This document shows positions 38,951 through 50,592 of a stretch of DNA of 64,000 bases, in pieces. Position 1 is the stretch's first letter; each line of letters starts with the position of its first letter. The stretch is from Lama guanicoe (Eukaryota), in NCBI GenBank assembly GCA_013239625.1, contig MU054212.1, positions 2,046,001 through 2,110,000 on the forward strand. The letters run 5' to 3'. The notes below the pieces were generated by a model. The model did not search any database. It saw nothing but the letters and a program-made list of their open reading frames with translations, and was not told where the DNA came from. Both the position numbers and the translations under genes were made by a program.

Positions 38951-40509
38951 CTGAAAAAAAAGCAAGACTGTAAGTACGGGGTTTAAAGACAGGTTCTTTT
39001 AAAGTAACATTTAATCTTCTTGCTACCAAAAACAGAAACACCTTTTTCCTTGAAGCTGCAATACGAGGGCTTTACTGCAGATTTTATTACAGAAGCATCA
39101 AAAGTGAGTCTTCTCTAAAATTTGTCGGTGCGTGATGACTAAAGCTTTTCCTTTTCTCCTCCAACAGGTAGCCCTTTTCTCATCCCCTCTTTCAAATAAT
39201 TTGCCACCCTTAAGGTTAACTTTGCCATTTTTAAGGGTTTTTGCTTACAAATGAGACAAATCCCTTTTAAAATTAAAGTCTCCAATGCAAAGGGAGAAAA
39301 AAAAAACCACTGTGCTTAAGAATGGATTCCTTTTCTGCTAAATATACTCTTTCACAGGAAATTACCCAAATCAGCCAAAAGTCTAGAATTAGCCATGCTA
39401 ATTACCATAGGCACGAAATTGACCTTTACTTATAAACTGGTCAAAACACACAGTTACCCCATTATTTGTCAGACAGCAAGTGCAAAATAAGCTCCACCAC
39501 ACAGCAGAACATTCTCACCAGCACAAACTCAAGTATCAACATATCAGCATGTCTCTTGTTTTCAAAATCATCAAAAAATAAAACAAAATATATGAATAGC
39601 AATTATAAATTACAATCAAGTCCACAATTTGAATCCCCGTTATCACTGTCAAAAAGCCAAAGAGTAGGAAAAGTAAAAATAGTTCCATTCTAACCCTAAG
39701 AATAATACACAAATAGCCATGGGAATAAGAGAGTAAAACATACCCAGCTTTTTCACTTAAGAGCTCAATAAATACTTCATGACTTTTTTGTGTGTGCGCT
39801 GTCTTTTGCGTCATCTTAGAGAAGTAACCCCAAATATTCATTCTAGTGCCACTGCTCCTCCTTGTGGGAAAGCAGGTGGGGAGAGAGTACACCTCTTCAG
39901 GGAAAATTAGGATAATGGAACCTGTGACTTAATTCATGAGACATTTCTAATAGCAAAAAGTCCTCCAAAGTCAGAAATAAATTATGTCTCAAAATAGTTA
40001 CAAAAGAATCGTATCAAGATACCTAAGAAATATGTAATGCGTTATCTGTAGTCTATTTTCTTTTTAATATGGGAGGACACATATTTGAAATGTTACAACC
40101 CAGAATTCACAGGATCAAAGTAGCTCAGACTTCTTAGAAAAGTCAGGAAGTGCTACCATCCCACCACCCCGCTGCCTGGAAGAGCTCTCTGCTAACTTGC
40201 ACGTCAGGTGCTTCTGCAAACCTGCAAGTCAGGGTGCTCCCTTTTGGCTGCCGGTTGTTCCAAAGCCTTTCTTCACATCTGCAATAGACTTAACTGTATC
40301 ACCACCCTCCCCATGACTCACGTATGCCAAAATCAACTTACACTTCAACATAAATAACCATCTCTTGAGGTCAGGAGGACAAAAGCAGAATTCTCATTTC
40401 AAAGAACGAGTCATTTTGTTTGTTTGTTTGTTTGTTTTCAAGAAAGAACGCAGGGTAATTTGGGTTGATTTGCCATCTGGAAAATTATTATCTCAACACT
40501 CTATGCAGC

Positions 40510-40648
40510 GCCCATTTCAACATACCGGGGTTTAGACTGCTCGTTCCTGGGGGAGTAATCACAGGATCTTTTTCATTTGTCTTGTACTTTGCCCAGCACA
40601 GCACTGTGTCCAGGCGAGTGCTTAGTAAATATTATTTAGTGATGATGA
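40510..40648 (+). mobile_element. L2 3' terminal fragment
   Basis: ttagactgctcgttcctggggg...cccagcacagcactgtgtccaggcgagtgcttagtaaatatt. Confidence 0.6.
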
Positions 40649-41674
40649 GAAGGGAGAGAAGGGAGGGAAAAAAGAGTACATAAAAAAGTCCTTTACTGGT
40701 AGTTTTTCTGTAAACAGGAACAGACCAGTTACTTCCAAATTCAAAAGCTCCTACATACCTACATTTTCCAAAACTGACACTATATGATCCACCACATTTG
40801 CTGCTGCGGGTTGCAAATGTTTCATTTAGAGCTACAGATACAGCAAATGGGGAATGGTTCAAAGAGCTCCAACAAGCTAAAACCAAGTGGTAAAATACTG
40901 CCAAATTAGAGTAATTCCGGAAAATAAGTAACAGGGGCCAATTATGGTGGACTGGCCCCCACACCATTAAACACTTGGTGGAAGGCAGCAGGAGCACCCT
41001 GAATACTCTTAGTTGTTTAGCATGAGTTTCCAGTTTCTCACAAAACTGACAGCACTCAGGGAAATGTGGGTGCTAGGTCTGAATTTTAATATGATTATTT
41101 AAATGCTACGCATCAAGTTTGCAGGCCTGTTTGTTTTTAAATAAGGAGACACTCTGAATACTTTAAGTCGTATGCAGAGAAAATGATAAGAACTTGCCTT
41201 CCTTATTATTCAAGAATATGGACACTTTACATGAATCCAGATCAGAAATACCAAACAAGTAGGAATGCCTGCATGATGCTTTAGCTCTTAACAGCTGAAG
41301 GATGACCCCGGTCCATGCTTCTGACACTCTGGCTAGTTATTAAAATGAGGGTCATTTTAAGACTAATAAAAAAATGGTTTTGCTTCCACTTCTGCATTTA
41401 CAGATAGAATCCTTCAGGGACTGAAGTCAGTCAAGCTTATTCACTTCTGCTGCAACTTTAGGATGCAAGCTCCAGCCAACTGGCGAATTGGTTTTTAGGT
41501 CACCACTTAAGAGGGACCCTCTGGGGGGTGGGTGCGATTATAGTCCATGATGCCCTGGTGTAGCAGAAAGAGTGCTGGAATCACAGACTCTCCTTGAGAG
41601 CAGATTTTTTTTTTTCCCAACCTCCACATCCATGAGGAATCCTTTCTCGCCCATTAAAAAGATGTGTTTATTCA

Positions 41675-41941
41675 AACTGTGGTTACCAGGGGAGAAAGGC
41701 GGGGAAGAATAGATTAGGAGTTTGGGATTAATAGATACACATTATTATATATAAAATAGATATACAAGAAGGACCTACTGTTTAGCACAGGGAACTATAT
41801 TCAGTATCTTGTAAAGAGCTGTAATGGAAAAGAATCTGAAAAAATATATATATATGTGTGTAACTGAATCGTTTTGCTGTACAAATGAAACCAACATTGT
41901 AAGTCAACTACACTTCAGTAAAAAAAAAAAAGATTTTTTTT
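41675..41941 (+). mobile_element. 5'-truncated artiodactyl-type L1 (3' UTR only) with intact target-site duplication
   Basis: ggttaccagggggagaaagg...aggagtttgggatta...aaggacctactgtttagcacagggaactatattcagtatcttgta...gtaactgaatc...acattgtaagtcaactacacttcagt plus poly(A). TSD AAAAAGATGTGTTTATTCA at 41656-41674 and 41942-41960. Confidence 0.93.
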
Positions 41942-44900
41942 AAAAAGATGTGTTTATTCATGTTAGGAGTTTCCATTCCTAATGGCAGTTGATATAGGAA
42001 GATTCTAGAAAGCTTACATTGTCAACCATTTCTTTCCCACAGGTGGCTACACTTCAATAATTGCACATGGCCTTGGTTATGTAGTTTTTATAAAGTCCTT
42101 TGAGAGCCAATCATAAAAAATAATTGTATTACTCTGCTAGCCATTCAAACCTCTGACTTCAACCTAAGGGGTTATAAATACAAGGTCCATGCCTGTGAGC
42201 ACTGCCCCACCCCCAACAGCACGGCAAGGACAGCTGTTACTCCAACTCTATTCTTGTGCTACAAACCCCCCTCAAAGGGCGATATTTTAAAATATCTGCA
42301 CACCCCTGCACTGCAGCTACAAATCCCATCACGGCCGCAGGCACCACTCTGTCCTCTGCCCTAAAAGAGGCCATGTCTCCTCCATCACAAGTGATCTCAC
42401 CTGCGCAACCAACTTTCCGGCTCATCCCTTCAAAAGGGTGCCTACGAAGCACTGGATGCATAGTGTTCGGACTTGGATAAAAAGGTTTAATTTTTGAACA
42501 AAGATACAATCATTTCAAAAATAAACGGCAGCTCTCTGTTTCCAATTCTGTTGACATTACTTATAAATGGAAATTTAAAAGAAGTATGATTTTCCCCTTA
42601 TTATGTCTCCTGGCAGGTGGCTCCTTCCTTTTTCTCATCCTCCTCTTCATAAGGGTTGTTATTGCTACAACTTGGTTTAATAAAATTACAACTTTGGGGA
42701 AAATGAAAAACTGTGCTGGCTTAAAAGTGTTGGAGGCAATAAACCCATGGACTTCAATTAATTTCAAGTGTGGGATCAGTTTAAGGCCAACTAGCAGAAA
42801 TTCTATTCTGTCCATGTAAAAATGAGGTTTCACCACATTTACTTTTTATAACCTATATAAAAGTCAAGTAAAAGTAATGAATATCTAAAAGCCATCTCAG
42901 TGGACTGGCAAAGACTATCTGTATTCTTGAAACTCATCCTACATATTTCTCTCTGTGCAAAAAGGATCCCAGTCCTGATCAAAGTTAAAATGTCAAACCA
43001 CTGAGAAAACAGCCCAATTTCCAATCCATTTCACTGCCTAGAAATGGACCTCCTTCCAAGCCACTTTTGCATGGAAAAGCACTGGCAAAAGAAAGAAAAA
43101 CTAAGAGATCATGTGGTTATAATTATTACCAGGCAAGGAATATTTCTGCAGCTCAGTGGTAAAGTAAAACTCTGTCGCTCCCCGCTCCCAACAGTGTCCA
43201 TCGCAAAACAACTGCCTCATTAAATCTCCGCAGTAAGATTAATATGCCGTAGCTGCACTACATTTATAACTTGGTACTCTATAAAAAGCACATTTAATGG
43301 TAAGAGCCAGAGCCTAGATACAAAGTATTACTATAAAAACTTCTGGCAGCGAGCACACAGTGCAGGCCCTCTGTCCTTCTTGCAGGAGATATAAATGAGG
43401 CTTTTCCTGATGGATTCTAAGCATGAAGCTCTATCTTACAAACCAGTCCGTTTTTATGAAAGTGGCAGAAACACAAGATTCTGAGGATGATGTAAACATG
43501 AATGCAAGAAGAGTACTTAACAACTAAGGCTGGCAAGAGATGAATGAACCCAAAATACTCCACTTATACACACGCAAACTTAAAACTGGACCATTTCCTA
43601 ACAGTTTGTTCTCTGGTCATAGCCAGCTTCTCACCAAATTAAGCAACCACAGCATGATTTACTCAATCTTAAATCAACCTATACAGTGCCAGTAAGTTAA
43701 AGAAAATATCAGCTAAAAAACGTTTCCTGCCTTAAAAGAACACCAAGTCTTAGCTTCATATGAGGACCATGACCTCCTGGATCTTAATTACCTAAAACTA
43801 TGAAAAAAAAAAATAGATGTTCAAGAAAAAGTGGGCTCAACACTACATGACTAGTGAATTAGTCAAAACGTGTTTTTTGTTATGTTGGAAAGCTACCTAA
43901 GTTCTTTCTTCCAAGGGTATCTTCTGAAAATACAAAGAGCATTAAAACCAGTGTCTTATTTTCAGGAACTCTCTGATGAATAAGTATACAAATAATTTAA
44001 ACGAATGCATTCCACACTCAAATCCCCCCAGATTACTACAAATGATCTGCCTCAGCTTAACCATAATCTTGTGCCCAATAATAACTAATTGTCTGATGTT
44101 GTTTTCCAAGTTCACAAGTGGTCACAACAACTGGCCTTCTAGGGTTCATTGACATCTTTAGAAGCCCCACCCTTAATAAGAAAACCAGGTTCTACTCCCT
44201 GTTTAGGGCAACGATCTCTGAAAGCATCACTCCCCTACCAGTGTGTTCACATCCCATCACCTGGTGTATCCTGACACTGTCTAAGAACCAAGAAGTAGTT
44301 ACTTAGGGCTACGAAGAGTCAACAAGGAACAGAAAGCCTTCCTCCTTTTCAAAAACCAACGGGCGGGATCATTATTTCATGCTTTCTGGGCTCTCGATAT
44401 GCATTCTAACTGGAGATCCCGTAAGATGAAAACAGATTTAGGGAAAATAAATCGTCCAGTGTTATAAAATCGCAAGCAGGCTCTAATGAAAGAACACGGC
44501 ACTTCCAGGCTGGGCGGCCGTCTGGCCCACACCCGCCTGCTGCTCTGTACCTCACTTTTTCCTACTGTCAAGAAAAAGTAAACAAACAAACAAACAAAAT
44601 GAAACAAAAACAAAAGCAATCAGCGATGAGCAAGGCAGCCAAGGATGGGCTCCCCAGAACTGCAGCCTCAGCCTGGCAGGGCAGGGACGCCATCCCAGGC
44701 TGAGATCTGGCTGAAGCCAACAGGTCCAAAGAGCTCAAGGGTCAAGGATAAAAATGTGCTTTTTTAACTTTTCCTGCAATGTATATTTTCTAACCACTTT
44801 ATTCTCTGAAAGTTACTAAACTGTTCCACAGAAAAAAAGGGGGGGAAACCCCCAGAAAACCTTTTCATGTACTTGTTCTTTCCTTTGTCTCTAAAATCTT

Positions 44901-45144
44901 CTCAGACAGAAGGAATTATCTCTGTTAAACAAAATCACACAGTTGAAGTTTAGAATCTCTGTGGTTTTGCTTGACTGTTCTACGGGTCTATCCTGGTCCT
45001 GGAAGACCAAAGAGAAATCTCACAGATGCACTATTATGAGGGAGCACACGCCAAACATGAATTTATCACCACTCTCCTCTCTACAATGAAATTCCTTGTA
45101 GGAGGATGCTGAGTGGGAGGAAATTAGCCTTGGGAGAGGTTAAA

Positions 45145-45164
45145 ACACACACACACACACACAC
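45145..45164. repeat. (AC)10 microsatellite
   Basis: Perfect AC run. Confidence 0.9.
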
Positions 45165-45389
45165 AGAACAAAACATACACGCACACTTTGGAACTGAATA
45201 AAAAGTTTCTCCTCTCCCCGTCAGAATCCTACCCAAATTTCTTTCTTCAACTTAGTCCCTCTTTATTTAGAAGAAAGCGATCGTAGCACTCCAACTTTCA
45301 TATCAAGTATTTATAAACACATCCCTGCCTTTGAAGTCTTTTAACTTTCAATTTGAGTGGCTATGGTTGCCTTGTCACACCTTCAGGAC

Positions 45390-46385
45390 ACAAACATTTA
45401 CTGAGCTCCTACGCAGTAACGGGCATTTGGCGAAGGCCCCGGAGATGCAAAACCCAAGACCCGGTCCCTGTCCCAAGTGTCCCAAGGATCTTGCAGTCTG
45501 CTTCAGAGCTTCCCAGCCGGCGGGTCAAAAGTGGGTCCAGGTGTTCAAGGATACTGACCCTCTCTACCCCCGAAGTGGCCAGGCACAGCTCGAGATAACT
45601 GGAAACTGCAGGCCAGTTGCCTTTCCATTTACCCCAGTGTTTCATTCAAAGCTTATCATTTTTCTGCAAGTGCCATGACATGAGGAGAGCTGGCAACACT
45701 GAGGCACGGGAAGGGGAGATGAGCAAACCAGGGACTGCAGGAGGCAGGGTAACTGCACGGGTGGAGGAGCCCACAGTAAAAGGGACTTTTAGATCAGATG
45801 GGGCAGGGCAGGAAATTTGTACCCAGAGGGACGGCTTGAGCTAAGTTTTAAAAGATGAGTAGAACTGAGGACAAGTGGAAGATGGTTTTTCAAAAAGAAG
45901 AGACCTATATAAAGGCAGAGATGGATAAACCATACGATGCCTTCCAGTAAGTGCACGTTCTTCTGTGCTCAGATGAGGGGCACTGGAGAGAGGAGAAAGG
46001 AGGAGGGGTAGGGCAGAGATAGGCTGGAAAAGCAGGTCCATCATGAAGGAACTATCGTGAGCTAAGCGTTCCAATGTTAACCTCGGCGCTAAGAGAAGTC
46101 ATAGAAGGATTTTAAGGAGAGTGGCTGGTCACATTTACATTTCAGAGAGATGCCCCATTGGTTAATCCAGAAGATGGTCTGGGAAGAGTTCAGACCTGGA
46201 AGCAGGGAGACCAGTCTGGAGGCTGTGACGTAATGCAGGGAAGACGTGCAGGGAGAGTAAAGCACATCACTAGCAGAAGCCCTGGGAAGCACTACACAAC
46301 CAGGACCTAGAGGGCTCAGGACTGACTGTGGGCACAGGGAAATGGGAGCTGTCTCGGGGATGGCCAGGCATCGGGCGTGGAGGAG
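45390..46385 (-). mobile_element. L2 fragments
   Basis: caaacatttactgagctcctac; ttgagctaagttttaaaagatgagtaga; gaagtcatagaaggattttaag; tggaagcagggagaccagtctggaggctgt. Confidence 0.8.
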
Positions 46386-49288
46386 CCAGTCCTAGAGATA
46401 AACTTGCCTTCTTGGTTTTAAAGTAGGTGTATTAACCAAGGCTAATGGCCTGCTTTTCTCACTATCTTCACACGCAGATTTCGCCTTTTATCCATGATCC
46501 CAATAAAGCCAAAGCTGGAGAGAGATTGGACAGAAATATCACAATCACACCAGCTCACTTTTTAACCTAGTGCAAGAGATTTGCAAAGGCCCTAGTGAAA
46601 CTTCCTGGGACTTAGGAGCTCTTTGGTGAGATTCCTTTTACTTGAGTCTTATTTCAAATACACACAATGCAAAATTTGACTAAAAACAAAAACAGATATT
46701 GATTCTAATAGCTCTCTTTTATTCCACCTTTTGGAGAAAAAAATCATTAACTCTTAGTTTAAGTTAACATGATTCCACATGTAGTTCGTGATCCTTTTTG
46801 AAAGAAGAAGTAGCAACACTCGAGCACCACTGTCAATAATATAAACCCAAATAAATATACTAAAACATTCACTTCAAAAGGTGTAGCCTTCATGTGGAAG
46901 AACATAGTGGAGAAAACCACAAAAAATGGTAACACATCAACGGGACAAATATGAGATGGAAACACTAAAATGGGTACACAAACTCAAAATTACCTAACCT
47001 GATAAAGAAGGAAAAAATTATCCTGCCAAGGTTTTTTTTCTCCCCTCTCCCCGCAAAGATGAAGGGTTTCCAGTGAACTAGCCAATGGCTTTTTATTGTT
47101 GTTGTTTGTTTTGTGGGGCTTCTTGGCATACACCTTTCTTCTTGCCAGATTTGACTCTTTGTTCTTCCAATTACCCTGATACCTTCATGGCCAACATTGC
47201 TGGCCAACTGTAAAGGGGCTGCTGACACATCTGAGTACAGTCACTACTTCCCTACAAAAATGGACAAAGCCCACTTCGACGTCCCTAAGTTCCATCTTCA
47301 ACCAAGCCTCACGGATCCTTCTCTCCATTTTACATCAGAAAAAGATTACATAAAAGTGTTCTTAATATCCAGGTATACAGGTCCAGTTTCCTCCAGCCAA
47401 GTGATTTTAAAACTGCTAAAAATCCACTCTGGAGGAAAACAAATTATTCAAAAACACTTACATGTAAGTTTTAGCACATTATGACCAGATACACTGAAAA
47501 ATGCTTCTTAGGGCAACTCCAGCAATAAATGAAACATGTTTCTGAACCTAGGATTCAGACATTTGGGTATTTGGAAAAAGATCTAGTTATTTCCTCTGTA
47601 AATGTAACCAGTAAGCCTCAGCTACAGCAGCACAGCTAGGAAGCGTCACTCCACCCCAGCAAAAGAAAGTCTGGGAAGAAAAAGCTTTGTCTTCCAGACA
47701 TCATACTTTCTGACACTTATACCAACTGTTCTTATGACTTCAGCTACTTCAGATAACACTAATCCAATTGTAATAATATTTCTTAACTGGACACTTACAG
47801 TAACTATCTCAACAATTACTGAAACACTAGCTTAGGGAGAAAGTGTTTTGTTTTGAACAAGAAGCATTCGTTTGCTGCAATGCAACAATACCCATCTTCA
47901 AATTTTGAGACAATGAATTCCAATCTCATCCACAAAAATCAATCCAACATTATCCCTCCATTCTCTTTATTAGTGACTTTGTTTTTTGCATTTGTTTTAA
48001 TTGGGGAAGTTTCTCTTCCTAGTTGCGATGATATGTCTGAAAGACAGACACAACTGGATTTGTCTAAAGGTTGTGAACAAACACAACATCTGGGGCATTA
48101 CTATCCCACTAAATGGAATCACATCACCCTGGCATGTGAAAAACTTTGCTTACTTTTTTTTCTCCTTTTTCCCCTTCTGAAAGCTCCAACTGGTTCTCAA
48201 ACAAATTGGAGCTCAAACTGCCATTAAAATAAAGTGAAAAATGATTTTAAAACAACATTTTTAAAGATTTTTTTTCTTTCCTCTCTTAGCTGGCACACAA
48301 GCACGTGGACAACCCACATTTCTAAGAAACGATCCCATTTAGGAAGATAAGAAAGTGGTTTCTAAACAACATCTTTGGTAACATGATGGCTCAGCAAAAA
48401 AGAAAGTAAGAAAGAGAAAAACTATATAAAATAAAGCACCTGTTTGTATAATGAAAGGTCAGAGCAAAAACTGAGGCTGTGATTTATGACTTATGAGCTA
48501 TTACAAAAATATCAGAAAATTTGTGTATAATTGGAAAAAAAGGAAATTCACTTGTTTCTCTAGTTGAACTAATAAATTTAAACATATAGCAACCCTAATG
48601 TCTAAGGTTCCTTCAGCCTGATAAACAAAACAAGAAAAGCCACACAACCAAAAATAAACTATAAAAATAGATCACTATTGATTCAGTACCATTTCTGAAA
48701 CCCTTTCCTTAAGGAATTTGAAACAAAGGAAACACAAGAGCATCAGTTTGTAACTTTTTAACTGCGCTTTTCATTTCCAAGAACACAACTGCTTATGCTT
48801 CCATGTGAACTTAATTAATGTTTGTCTTTAGTTCTAACTCAGTCTCTCCAAAACGCAGATTTTAATAATGCACCTTTTTCAACAGAATGACAACCTTGCC
48901 AAATGTGCATTCCATCTGCATGTAGCTGCAGACAAGTAATAAAGACACCAGTGCCATTAGCATAATCAATACACAATTTACAGAGCTACCCAGACAGAAG
49001 TGAAAGCGAATGCGTATGCCATTATCTCAGTGACTATAAATTAATAGTCGTTTGCGGAAATATATTCCCACTTACATTGTTCCAATCCTGTCTTGTCAAG
49101 ATAATGAACATATACGTATATGTATATGTTATACATAAACATTTTAAATGATGATTTATTATCAGATAATCCCCAAATATGCATAAATTAAAATCAACTA
49201 AATCAATCACACATAGGGGAGAATGGCTGATAAATAAACACCCATATTTAATCATTTTGGTTTTTTTACCATGTACTTTAATAAGCAG

Positions 49289-49329
49289 AATATATATATA
49301 TATATATACACACACACATATATATATAA
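49289..49329. repeat. Compound (AT)n(AC)n(AT)n microsatellite
   Basis: atatatatatatatatatacacacacacatatatata. Confidence 0.9.
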
Positions 49330-50484
49330 CATTCAGAAACATAATTTTCACTAGAGAAGGAGCATGTTCTCAGATAGCGAGCAAGGAGGTCTCACCTTAG
49401 CTTCTTAAAAGAATAATAAGGAAACGAATCTGGTCAATTCTACTACTTGCTGCTTGAAGTTTTTAAAAATCCAACTCTTTTGAAAGTTTATATTTAGCCA
49501 ACACTACAAGAAAAAATAAACCATGTGCTGTCTCTGAAGCACCATCTCTAAGACATCAGAACCGGAGTCATTTCTTCAGGGATGGTGAAGGGTCATGCCC
49601 AGTTCTCTCCACAGATGGCATCAACGTCCCCCTAATCCTCAGGACAACCCATCCCCAATAGGTGTGTCCATCTTGTCACTACAACAAAGAAAATTTGCAT
49701 GAAAAGGTGACATACATCAAATGAAAGAAAACAGGTGTTGCTTCAGGATGGTAACCTGCCAGTGGGAATCAGGAATTTGTTTTGCCCTGAGTTTCCCCAC
49801 ACAGGGTATTTAAAACAGCCAATGTGACATTAACAGGAGGCTATTCAGCCCACAGTCTGGGGCACTGCTCTAATTCTGCAGACACAGCCATCACTCATTT
49901 CTTCCCATCACTCAAATTGCTGGGGGGCTCCCCCTCAGCAAAGCTCCTGACCTTTGAGCGGGAGCATCCAGAACACCTCTGAAAATCCCCTCCACCTCTG
50001 TTAGGAGGTGTTTCCGCTGAGAGCTCACCAGCAGCGGGAAAACACTCCTGGATCCCTCATGCCGGCACCCCACCCCCATCTCCTCTTAAAATACATCCGA
50101 GATCAGCTTTCTGAGGCATGCGATTCTTTTATCAGAATCCAAAGCCTTTAATCACACAATTAGGGACTTGTCAGGTTTCCACAGCTTTCAATTCTCTCTC
50201 AGGTGTAACTGACTTATATCGTATTTTTTTTTTTGTAGAAGTAACTTTTTTGGGGGAGGGGACCAAATAAAGTAGAGAGAACTGAGATCAAAATGCTTAA
50301 AGCAAAAGGAGCCCCAGAGAGGAGATATGGTGGCCAGAGGACTAGTTATTTCCATCGCCTGATTTGGCTTAAGATTGACCCTGGCTTCTTCTGTTCAGGA
50401 AAATAAGATTCAAGGCTGCCCATTTTCAAGCCAGGAAATCTACCTTCTTTTTCTGCTTGTGCCGTGCTAATGGAATGAGACCAG

Positions 50485-50592
50485 TGTCTGTGCCTCAGTT
50501 TCCTCATCTATAAAATCAAGACCATGATAACTGATACAAGATTCGCTTAGGATCAAATGAAGCAGATACACAGTGTCTGTGGAAACACTAAA
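50485..50592 (+). mobile_element. MIR core fragment
   Basis: tctgtgcctcagtttcctcatctataaaat...aggatcaaatga. Confidence 0.85.

Noticed and set aside
38619..39041. 140-aa ORF taken as a standalone gene
   Set aside because: Only 38771-38950 is exon; the flanking residues are intron read-through past canonical splice sites.
44088..44101. AATTGTCTGATGTT shared with ~57348-57361
   Set aside because: An isolated 14-mer match in 64 kb of AT-rich DNA is expected by chance; the flanks are unrelated.
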